Origin: Octopus sinensis
Taxonomy: Eukaryota
Direction: 5' to 3'
NCBI RefSeq assembly: GCF_006345805.1
Contig: NC_042998.1
Location: forward strand, 123,690,001-123,754,000
DNA length: 64,000 nt
Both the position numbers and the translations under genes were made by a program. Below are positions 44,779 through 55,318 of the stretch, piece after piece. Within the stretch, counting starts at the first letter, position 1. Every line of letters starts with the position of its first letter. The notes under the pieces are model-generated. The model was not told the origin of the DNA. It was given only the letters and a program-made list of their open reading frames with translations, and did not search any database.

Positions 44779-45571
44779 AAAATAAAAAAAAAAGTTACGG
44801 AGGTTCAAAATTTGATAATTTTTACCTAGTCAGAAAACAGTATTTGGAAGCCGTCATTTTGTGCTTGCGTGTACGTGTTGTCAACCGTAAATAAATGAAA
44901 TACTGCCGGAATTCTGATTTACGCATGACATATAACTCTTCATAACTGTTTTATTTATCGGAAATTTTAGAAGATTTTTGCGTATTTGTATTCTGCAAAC
45001 AATAATCTATACAATTATATAAAAACCAAAAATAGTTTTAAAATTTGGTGCGTGATTCATGGCCTGTTTAGCTGTTAGCACATCTCACAACCACCTGATA
45101 CATCGTGTTTTAAGAATTTAAATAGCAAGAAATTACCACATGGCTTGATAGGACTACAACAGAGGGATAAGTAGCTCAGCAGCTTGGGTTGTTACTATGG
45201 AAACAGGCACTCATGTGTATGTAGTTTTTGATTAGCTAAAATTAATCAAAATTTGAAAACTTTAAAAGCTATTAACTCTTTATTCATCGAGTTATGGTGA
45301 AAATGAATTTACTGTCGATGATTATCATACAAAACTACACCAAATATGAAATCAGTTGGAACTCAAATTGAAGAAATTAAAATTGGCAGCCAAACGGGAA
45401 AGAAAATCCCATTTACGGGATTTATTCATTTTAACGAGGGATTCGTAATACAAATTTGTAAATTACATCACTCTTGTCTTTCATTTGCTTTTCACATTGG
45501 ATTACGTCCATATTATAGCGTCCCCTCGAAAGGTTTTGGTTGAGCGAAGCAACCCTAGTTCATTTCATTAA

Positions 45572-45774
45572 CTCTTTAGCATTCATAACACTCTGTCAAA
45601 TATAATTGGTGGTTATTCACGTTGCTTTTAATTAATCGTGTATTATCTCATAACTTTGAGACGTCAATATTTTTTGAATGACATTATAAATTGAGAGGGA
45701 CCAGATCTAGCCAGTGTGAACATAAAACTTGTTGCCTATTTGGGCCAGCTAAGGTGATATTAAATGCTAAAGGG
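45572..45774. mobile_element. piggyBac-type MITE
   Basis: TIRs ctctttagcatt / aatgctaaaggg (one mismatch), flanked by TTAA and TTAG. Confidence 0.7.
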
Positions 45775-45959
45775 TTAGAGTTTGTTACTTATTCCATCAG
45801 TCATTTTCACCAGAAAAACCGCTACGTTACAGTGACAAAGACCTTGGATGTCATGCGGCAGTCCATCACACAAAAAGGCACATGCCCATATGCACATGTA
45901 CACATACCCACATACATACACATACGCGCGCGAATATTCCTTTAATCATTCGCGTGTTT

Positions 45960-46658
45960 TAATCATCGCCTTGAACATTTTAATCGAATACTCGACATCA
46001 GAATTTATTCTATCGGCTCCTTTAGGCCGACTCGCTAAGTTACGAGAAAGTAAACAAGCCAACACCGGTTGACAAGCGGTGGTGAGGGACAAACACAAAT
46101 ACACACATACATACTCTCCCTTCCTCCCTCTTTCTCTCTTTCTCTCTCTTTCTCTCTCTCTCTCTCTTTCTTTCTCTCTCTTTCTCTATCTCGCTCTCTC
46201 TTTCTCCCTCTGTCTTTCTCTCTCTCTCTGTCTCACACACCAACACACACACACACTAAACAAACACACACAAACACACAAACACACACACACACACACA
46301 TTTTATGTGTTTCAGTCATTATATTGCGACCATGCTGGGGCACGGCCTTGTAGAATTCTTATTCGAACGTATCGACATCAGTACTAATTTGTTCAAAGGC
46401 TAGGTAACATGTATATAAACACACCGGTACCACTTGTCAAGCGGTTATGGGGGTCATAAACAGACAACAAAAAAAAAGAAACACACATATATACATGACG
46501 GGTTTCTTTCAGTTTCCATCCAACAGATCCTCTTATGAGGCTTTGATCGACCTGGGTCTATAGTAGAAGACACTTGCCTAAGTTATGAGACAATGGGATT
46601 GAAGCCGGATAAGGTTTGGTTGCTAAGCAAGCTTCTTACCACACAGCTACAACAGCGC
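45960..46658 (-). mobile_element. One partial plus one near-complete copy of the CORE-type SINE
   Basis: Segments ~45960-46110 and ~46308-46658 match 44335-44778. Confidence 0.75.
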
Positions 46659-47460
46659 TTATATACACACGCACACATTGATGTATATACATGAATCGTC
46701 TAAGAGACAATAAGTCAATGAGATGATACACTTGTATATCTTTCAGTAAAGCGGGCATATTATCTGAAATGTATAGTATTAAATATCCATTACGGCTGGT
46801 CTTACCAAATGGTTTCACGTAAAGAATACAATGGAGTGTTAGGTAACAAGCCGATGATATAATATTATCAGATAATACACCCTCGCTACTGACAGATATA
46901 CAAGTGCATCTTTTCCCTAACTAATGGTCTCATATGCCACTCACGTACGTACACGATGCCACATAACGTAGAGTGTAATGCAATAGTTCCTCCCCGGCTT
47001 GTGACTTATAGCCAACAAAGATTACATTTTTATATATCCTTTACAAATGGATTTGGAATATTACGACCTCGAATATTCAACAAAGAATATCCCAACATCA
47101 CCGAACGAACTCTATACAAAGCAGCTGCTACGGATGAGATGGAAGGCTTTATACCTTGATCAACTCAGACCACCAATGGAAACCGAATATTTGGGGATTA
47201 AGTCCAGGAGGTTTCCACCCAAGATCAAGGAATTCTAAGTTTCGAAAACGACATGTTGAACATAATACTCGCATGAGATTCTCTAAGTCCTCTAACTCTT
47301 TACAAAATAAATTTAGAAGAGACACCTAATAGCTTAAATCTTCTGATAGGACCATCCTCTTCTCTGACAAAACAAAAAGATTATATAGAGTAAGTAGTGA
47401 CATATTCACACAGCTCCTTAACAATAGCATTGCACAAACGTACAAGAGAACTATTCCACA

Positions 47461-48200
47461 GACATTATTTACATTATTTATATTTTATGGCTATTTGTCC
47501 TTATCTTGTTCGTTGTTAACACAATATTTCCCCCGATACACCCTCTAACCTTCATCAGGTGTCTTTGTATAACCTACCACAGCTGCATGGGATGGAGCAC
47601 ACGCAGTTTTTGGTCATATTCTCTTCTGTGGGAGGTTATATAGAGGCGAATCATGCCGCCCCTTCAAACTAAGGGTAGACGAACATAGCAAAGCTGTGAC
47701 ACGAGGACATATTGATAAATCGAGTATAGATGGTCATGTATGAGAAAAATGGAGACCACCTCTTCCTGTGGGATGAAGTTAAAATAATAGACAGAGAACA
47801 CCACTGGAAAATACGAAAACTAAAAGAAGCAGCACATATGCTAGGACACAACAACCTCCTAAGCAGGCCGAGTGCAGGTATGAATAGCATATGGGAACCG
47901 GTATTAAAGGAGGATAGGAAAATATTAGATTTTTAAGCCCTAAAATTCACTCCATAATTGCCCACGGCGTAGTAGTTAAGAGTGCGGGCTACTAACCCCA
48001 AACTTCCGAGTTCAATTCCAGGCAGTGACCTGAATGATAATAATAAAAATCGAAAAATATCTTAGGAATGAGAACCCAGGTTCGAAATTTCCCCAAGACA
48101 CCTGATGAGGGCTTGGGGGTATATCAGTGGAACAACAAACAAGATGAGGACAAATATCTGTCAAATGTAAATAATGTACATAATTCCTCATCTCTTAAAT
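47461..48200 (+). mobile_element. Nested Penelope/Poseidon-type PLE: inverted 5' segment, GIY-YIG C-terminus and pseudo-LTR
   Basis: YRGESCRPFKLRVDEH..WDEVKIIDREHHWKIRKLKEA (+). Inverted KNCVCSIPCSCG at ~47570-47632. pLTR copies at 47463-47566 (-) and ~48093-48178 (+). tattcc occurs at both junctions. Confidence 0.85.
47518..47563 (-). ncRNA. Minimal type I hammerhead in pLTR, decayed
   Basis: gacac-CTGATGA-aggttagagggtgtatcgggg-GAAA-ta-TT-gtgtt. Sister copies at ~48098 and ~63783 give the consensus stem II ggctg/cagcc. Confidence 0.6.
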
Positions 48201-48370
48201 ATTCCCCAGTCGTACGATAGCATTAATCAGGAGGCCAGAGAGATAGCTTTTAAACCAGACATAGATGATAAGAGAGAGATGCTGGCGAAGAAAGAGGCCT
48301 TCATAACGATAAAAAATCATAAGCCTCTAACTCTAAATGCAGATTGATAAGCCCGACAAAGTCTGAGATG

Positions 48371-48452
48371 CATAATTGCCCACGGGCATATGGTGTAGTT
48401 GTTAGAGGCCCGCGCTGTTAACCACTACGCCATGTGCTCGTGGACAATTATG
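48371..48452. repeat. 34-bp-arm hairpin formed by two inverted copies of the pLTR tRNA-like head
   Basis: cataattgcccacgggcatatggtgtagttgtta ... taaccactacgccatgtgctcgtggacaattatg. Homologous to 47953-47990. Confidence 0.85.
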
Positions 48453-49639
48453 GAGGAAGATAAGAAACGGCATTAAAAACCCCCTCTGACTTCGCCCTAT
48501 AGCGCAACAACGATGTAGTCATTCCATGGTTTAAGGCCAACAGAGCTAGGTTTACCCAATTTGATATGGTAGACTTCCACCCATCCTTATCAACTTTGCT
48601 AGGGCCATTACTGAAGTCAATGATGAGGACATACGCATTATCATGCATGCCAGAAGAAGCCTGCACTTCAGTAAGCACTGAAACGCACTGACCCAGAGGA
48701 CTCTTTCGACGTGGCAGTAGATACTTTTGACAGTGCGGAGATATGTGACCTAGTCGGTCACTTCATCTTAGAAATACGAAAAAGGACAGACATTCCTTTT
48801 TACTAGCTTTGGCCTATATAGGGACACCGCGCTGGCAATATCAAGTGGGGCTAAGGGCCACACGCTAGATAGGCTCAGAAAGGACCTCACAGACACCATG
48901 AACTCCATCGACCAGCTTGGTCACTATAGAGACCAAACTGAAAACGGTGGATTTCTTTGATGTGACCAGGGACCTGGAATTAGGTGCCTATAGGCTCTTT
49001 AGGAAACCGAATGAAAAGTTGTCTTACATTAACACTGTTTCCTGACATCCAGTCATAGCGTTCAGAAACATGGCTAAGGGCGTCATGAGCAGAATCTCCA
49101 GCTTGTCTTCAAGCAAAGTGATCTTTGATGCTGCCGCTCCGTAATACAACCTGGCTCTGGCTGCCAACGGTTTCAAGGATAAAATTAGTTAGCCCCACAA
49201 GAAAAACTGTCTCTCCCTCACCCTCGACCCCCAACAATACTCTTTCACACAAATTGTAGACAAACATATACACAGATCCCATATACACACACACATTACA
49301 CACCATACGCTATCATATCCCCCCACAGATTTATCCTTTCCTATAAAGAAAACAGACTAACGAACCCAGCTATATATACCTACACGCCCGGAAAAAATTA
49401 TACATATGAAACCGTTACGCACACCTCACCCTCCAACACCACAGAAGCACCAAATTAATAATACACACTCTCCCCACTTCAAGATAACTCTTGCCCGCTT
49501 CACAGCGTACCCAACCAAGGGACTTAACTAATTTCCTGGCACCTTTTTCGTTCCACCATCTTTTTCACAGAAATTGCTAACCGGTTGTGCTAATTCATCT
49601 CCAACAGTAGAGAGCAATCGCCATATTACCTTTAATATC

Positions 49640-49731
49640 GGCTAACTTTGATGAGCGCAATGTTATATAATCGGTTTGTTATCTAACGCTCCATTGTATT
49701 CTATACGCGAAACTGATTGGTATGACCAGCC
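49640..49731 (+). ncRNA. Decayed hammerhead with long stem II insertion, at the 3' end of the Naiad copy
   Basis: ggct..-tTGATGA-gcg[long loop]cgc-GAAA-ctgattgg-TA-tgaccagcc. Confidence 0.45.
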
Positions 49732-49957
49732 GTGATAGATATTTATATTACAAACACGTTTGCTGTGTAACAGATTTTGCGGGATGGGATTAAGGATCTT
49801 TTCTGTTTGGCTGGCACTTTTCAACTTTACTGGTGAAAAATCATATCAATACATCGAATTTGAAAATATTCACTTAATTTTAAAATTTCAAAAAGTACAA
49901 TTAAACAGAAAAGAACCAGGATTAATTCTCTTTCTTTTTAAAGAAATATAGTGGTAA

Positions 49958-50110
49958 GTTTAGCTGTGTAGTGGCCACTTGTTACCCAACCACAGGTTTC
50001 CGGCTTCAGTCCCATTGCGTGACACCTTTGGCAAGTTTCTTCTATTATAGCCGTGGGGGACCAAATCCTGTGAGTCAATTTGGTAGACGAAAACTGAAAG
50101 AAGCCTGTCA
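49958..50110 (+). mobile_element. 5' half of the CORE-type SINE
   Basis: gctgtgtagtgg..cccaaccacagg..ttcagtcccattgcgtgacacctttggcaagt..ggtagacgaaaactgaaagaagcc. Confidence 0.8.
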
Positions 50111-50259
50111 TATATATATATAAATCAATAAATGGTGGGGTTGTGTTGACCGCTCGTGGAGAAATGATACGCAAGGAAAACTTATAAAAAGGCAGAATGA
50201 AGGTAAATTTTAATGAAAATGTGTGTATGGAAAATTAAAAAAAATTTTTTTTTAATATT

Positions 50260-50301
50260 AACTCTAACCGGTTTTCATAGCAATGCGACTTTTCAAGAAT
50301 T
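50260..50301 (-). ncRNA. Type I hammerhead with U3-A8 core variant
   Basis: Minus strand: aattc-TTGAAAA-gtcgcattgctat-GAAA-accggt-TA-gagtt. Stem III is the palindrome accggt. Confidence 0.6.
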
Positions 50302-50510
50302 GTAAGGTGTAAAGAATTTTTTTTTTATAATTGAGGAGGGGGGAAAAAGAAAATTATATTGTTTTTTGCATAAAAATAATAAACCTATACAAAAATTAAA
50401 AAATAGGTACACCGATACATTGTAAAGTCTTTGTGTATCTCGAGTTCAATGTTAGTCCTTGGAAAAATTACCTTGGAGGATTAAGATCCGTGTGATTAAA
50501 TTCATGTGGT

Positions 50511-50559
<49 letters not shown>

Positions 50560-50589
50560 GACACACGGCACCCACCCGTACATATATAT

Positions 50590-50776
50590 ATATTTTTCGT
50601 TTGGATTGTTAGATTGTTTATGTGAGTTCGTGTGTTGAAGCATATTCTGTTGTGTCTGGGGAGAGTCATTTTCTTTTTGTGCCTAACACACGCACCGGTA
50701 AAATTTCCCGTTATTCCTTATTTTTATTTTCCTAAAATTTTTGTTCATTCTTGCAACCTTTTCAATAGTCATGACT
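50590..50776 (-). repeat. Second copy of the 26230-26533 dispersed repeat
   Basis: gagttcgtgtgttgaagcatattctgttgtgtc..caccggtaaaatttcc is shared between the two. Confidence 0.85.
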
Positions 50777-51510
50777 ATTGTCATTTGTTTCTTACTGTAG
50801 ACTCTAGATTCATCGGAAGAGGTTTATATCCATATACACATTGAAAAGAGAGATAAACTTACATCGCATTATATTGTAACTAGCATCAGTGTCTATCACA
50901 TACAGATTGATTGCATGCATCACGAATGTGGGTATTCACGCACTCTGTCTAACTGAATGAGGATCGATTTCGCACTGTAGTACATCTCTTTCTACAAATA
51001 GCTTTTAAGCTTCTAGGTGTTTCCGTTTCAGCCAAGCACCAGGAAATCAAGATGAATTACACCATTATCGATGAAAAGATAGTCACCATGAATTTTATAT
51101 CGGATCGCCGTCTTTCGAACATCTTTTGTCTTGCAAAAAAATGTGTGATTCCTTTCCATTCACTGGAGCCATTGTTTCCATATCATAAAATACGTCCATA
51201 TTCATTTCCTGTTACCGGATTGAGAAACATGTGCTTGCGTTAGATTGAAACACTTGCAGCCGATGAGATTGACATCCAGCATGCTCTCCTTCCAACTGAA
51301 TGTCAACTGCTGACGAGTCAATCACTGCACTCTCCTTTTATATGAAACACAGAGGAATCACATAATGGCAGCAATCATAAATGAGAGCGGCGTTGTCCAA
51401 TTCTCTCATTTAATAAAACGTCACAGTGAGTGAGGGATGGGAAATGAACAAATAACTCTACTAATAGCGGTGCCCAAGCTTCACCTCGGAGTAAGAGAAG
51501 TAAAAGCGTG

Positions 51511-51542
<32 letters not shown>

Positions 51543-51546
<4 letters not shown>

Positions 51547-51818
51547 GAGAACAGAGGTTTACACATCCAAGATTTATCATACAGTTAATCATATTCCTTT
51601 TTGGCAGGACCTACGCGCGTGTCCACTGCAAGCCGGTACACACTGCAAATTGTGCATCTTGGTGTTAATTACCGGTGCTGCTTCATCTGGTAATTAACAC
51701 CGAGATGTACAATTTGCGGTGAACATCGGCTCCCGGCGGAAACGCGCGTAGGTCCTGCCAAAAAGGATGTAATTAACTGCATAGTAAAACTTGGATAAGT
51801 AAATCTCTATTCTCCTGA
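51543..51818. mobile_element. Fully palindromic 276-bp MITE flanked by TA (Tc1/mariner-type)
   Basis: Ends are tcaggagaa / ttctcctga. The arms pair over ~130 bp, including perfect tttttggcaggacctacgcgcgt / acgcgcgtaggtcctgccaaaaa. The central loop is short. Confidence 0.85.
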
Positions 51819-51998
51819 TATCAATTAATTTATTATTTCTTCTCTACCGACACTATTCAGTCTTAATGAGGAGATTTGGATTTTCCGCAGTGAGATCAAC
51901 TGAGTATAGAAAATTTAACTAACTGAGGTTAGCCAACATTGTTAACCGACAAGAGCGAGCACGGTACCCGCTAAAATTATATACCACTGTCAACCATG

Positions 51999-52048
<50 letters not shown>

Positions 52049-52074
52049 TATATATGCATGTATATGTGTGTGTT

Positions 52075-52134
<60 letters not shown>

Positions 52135-54411
52135 TATATGCATACATATAGGTACGTATAAGTGCGTGTGCATTTGTGAATGTATACACGGAACATATTT
52201 GTATCATATTTACTTATATTGCTCACATCTAAGCGCAAATAAACTAAGGCACTTGAATGTATGAATGTAATAAAATAGAAGAACGAAGTGATTTTCAAAT
52301 ATATTTTGATTCCTTTAGAAGATATGTCTGCTTACAATCCTATCTTTACTGTAAAAATCGCAAAATATGAAGCTTAATGAAACGAAGAAAATTACATATA
52401 TTTTCGCGTTATTCATGAAATCCAACTAATATTTGATGACACGACATTTTAGTTATATTGGTATAAGGTTTATTGAATATTTATACTACATCATTGGCTT
52501 TTGAATTTCGTAATATTGCAATTTATCAAAGAACAGGTTCTCTTTTTGAAAATTATATATCACCGTTATTCAGGATAGCATAAACTGACGAAAGAGCTCT
52601 TACGAAAAATAAGCTATATAAAAATATTGAAGGAGAAGGTGAGAGAGAAAAAGAGAGAGAGAGAGAGAGAGAGAGGGAGGTGGAGAGGGAGATTGAGAAA
52701 CTGAGTGACAGATACATACACACATATATAATTTACTGACAAAAACAACACATTCTAGTTCTTAAATTTATGCAAATATATGTGTATACGCGTATGCAAC
52801 TTATGTATATTGCCTATTACAATACAATACTGCACAATATTTGTAGCTATCCACTTCATACGATTTGGAACTGATATAATCAGAGTAACCCCTTTGAATA
52901 TCGTCATATATGTAAGTACACTGAAAGTAAATGCTACAGGATAACTACACCTCTGCTATTACACCAACAATATTTGGCCACTATTCTCTTTCCACTTTAA
53001 GATAGCGAAGACTGATTTCAGTGAGAGCTGGTTGCTATTTTAAGCATGTCCAGTGAACAAGTAGGTGTCTTTTGCTGACGAAATTAATGTAATAATTTCG
53101 GAAAGATGTGACATAAAAAATTCCAATACATTTTTGTTTTCTCAATGTTCAAATTCAATTTGCCGTATATAGCCTGTATAATCCAAGAATATATATTTTA
53201 TAAACAATATCGAACATATACACACAACGTATGCGTTTTGACAGTTCGTGGGCAGCTGAAATTTATACGCATGAGAGAAAACTTTCTTTTCATTACGCTT
53301 GGCGTAAAAACACCTAGATATCATATACAAGCGAGATAACTAAAGCCAGATCCCGTTCCAGGAGTGGTAGACAATGTTTCGTCATCTTTGTGACTTATCA
53401 ATACCACGTACCCAAATCGAGGACAGACGTAAGCTAAATCGCTCACTGTGACTATATGCTAAATGGTATGACAATAATGTGCTGGCATGTCCCAACGTTT
53501 CATACAACGGGGTGCTTCTCATTCATATATATTTCATGTACAGCAATGTATAAGACAGAACAACTATTATAAATTTCGGTTTTACAATGCTTTACAGTGG
53601 TGAAATACAAGCAGAAACGTTCTTCTATGTTACTGATGTGTGGAAAAGTAGGAAGGAGTCTCCCAAGACGCAATTTCACGGTTTGTTGACTGCTCTTCAG
53701 AGAAGACTACGGGGCTCTCGACTTCAACCAGCTAAACTTGTTGTGGATATCTTAATTTGTATGTTTATGCATTTAAATAAACAGTACCTATATTATGCAC
53801 AACACTGAAATCACCAAAAACTGAAAAACGTTAAAATATTATAAAGCCTCCCTATGGCGAAATAAATAATATTTTTATTTGTACCTTTGAATGTATTCTT
53901 TAGTTTTGAGATTATTTCTGTTAAAACAATGTAAACTTTAAAGTGATGGGTTATTGCCAACTTAATGTGGCAGTCCCAGGAAAGGGAAGAATGCTACTAC
54001 TATTTAGCCCCAAGAAACACAGTTCCTAGCTGGCTACGCACCACAAGTGTCCTGCGTCCTTAAGTTTCAAACAGGGGAGATAAGCAACTCCACCCAACAA
54101 AGCCAGCATCCAGATGTCGTGTTGTTGTTGTTGTTGTTAGTGGTGGTGGTGGTTTTTGTCGTCGTCGTCGTCGTGATGGTAATTTGTTGATAGTCAAAAT
54201 TATTTTTAGTTATTGAACTAATTTTTATATAGTGACCACCCTTGAACGCATGCGCATAACTGCAATTATGTAATACCTGTTCGCTTTTAAAAATAGAATT
54301 TGCTTATAAGGTTTAATTTAGCCTAAGATAAAAGGTTGCAAGCTGCCCGAGAAAGGATGTGCAGATATAGAGCACGGATCAGAGAGCAACAGAAAGATAA
54401 TATAATAAAAA

Positions 54412-54644
54412 TAAGGCAGCAAGCTGGCAGAACCGTTAGCACGCCGGGCGAAATACGTAGCTGTATTTTGTCTGCCATTACGTTCTGAGTTCAAAATCCG
54501 CCGAGGTCGACTTTGCCTTTCATCCTTTCAGGGTCGATAAATTAAGTACCAGTTACGCACTGGGGTCGATGTCATCGACTTAATCCGTTTGTCTGTCCTT
54601 GTTTGTCCCCGCTATGTTTAGCCCCTTGTGGGTAATAAAGAAAC
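54412..54644 (+). mobile_element. Full-length tRNA-derived SINE (Meta-domain-like core) with 17-bp TSD
   Basis: A/B-box-like motifs tggcagaaccgttag and gagttcaaaatcc; core gtcgactttgcctttcatcctttcagggtcgataaattaagtaccag. Perfect TSD agataatataataaaaa at 54395-54411 and 54645-54661. Confidence 0.9.
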
Positions 54645-55318
54645 AGATAATATAATAAAAAGAGAAAACAAGGAGGGCACTGACGGAGAAGGGAGAAAAT
54701 GAATATAGACGAACATCAAGTGTAATTAAAGAAAGCTAAGCTATGAATGCTATGAAAATTCAAATCATCCCTTCTTTCTTTAATAGGTTCTCCTGATGTT
54801 TTTCATTCCGTGGAATTTACATGCGCCCCACTAGTAACGTTAAATTCGTCAGAGAACACTGAACCAGAGTCCCTTTTAAACATATCAATGCAAACTGACT
54901 GTTCGACTCAATATCGTGACTAGTAAGATGGGTATCAGATTCAAAAGTGTAGTCATGCCAAGTGATTACATATAGGGCAATCTATTCATAGTTCATACAT
55001 ATAATTGACGCTTTTGGGCAGAAGAGTATTTTGATAACATGTGTTCAGATGTAAAATGCAAAAGAATACAGGTTTTCCAAAAATGGTTTAAACTGATAAA
55101 GGCAAAAGAAATGGATTTATGAAATAAATATATTATAGGACGCCACACTTGGTTGGTAATTATATGTTACCATTCCGTTTTGCTACTTTTTATATCTCGC
55201 TCAGAGATATAATATAGCATATTTCTCCTTTCTCGGGATCAGCAACTGTTTGTCGCTGGAAATAGCATATAGTATTTGGCGAGTGGAATGTGTTTTCATC
55301 ACTAGCGGGTGATTAACA

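Larger units (their letters stand above)
47047..49200 (+). mobile_element. Naiad-type PLE ORF (N-terminus plus RT), interrupted by two insertions
   Basis: YSTKNIP..RMRWKA..LGIKS..PP; SDKT; AFITIKNHK..CRLISPTKSE; FDVAVDTFDSAEICDLVG (cf. GSYDGAEVCELVG); GLYRDT (cf. GLYRDD); VDFFDVT; FRKPN. Confidence 0.85.

Noticed and set aside
52583-52620. CTGACGA-aagagctctt-ac-GAAA
   Set aside because: No stem I or III and no PLE context; likely chance.
54787-54857. Imperfect hairpin with CTGACGA/GAAA on the minus strand
   Set aside because: The pairing register is incompatible with a hammerhead fold.
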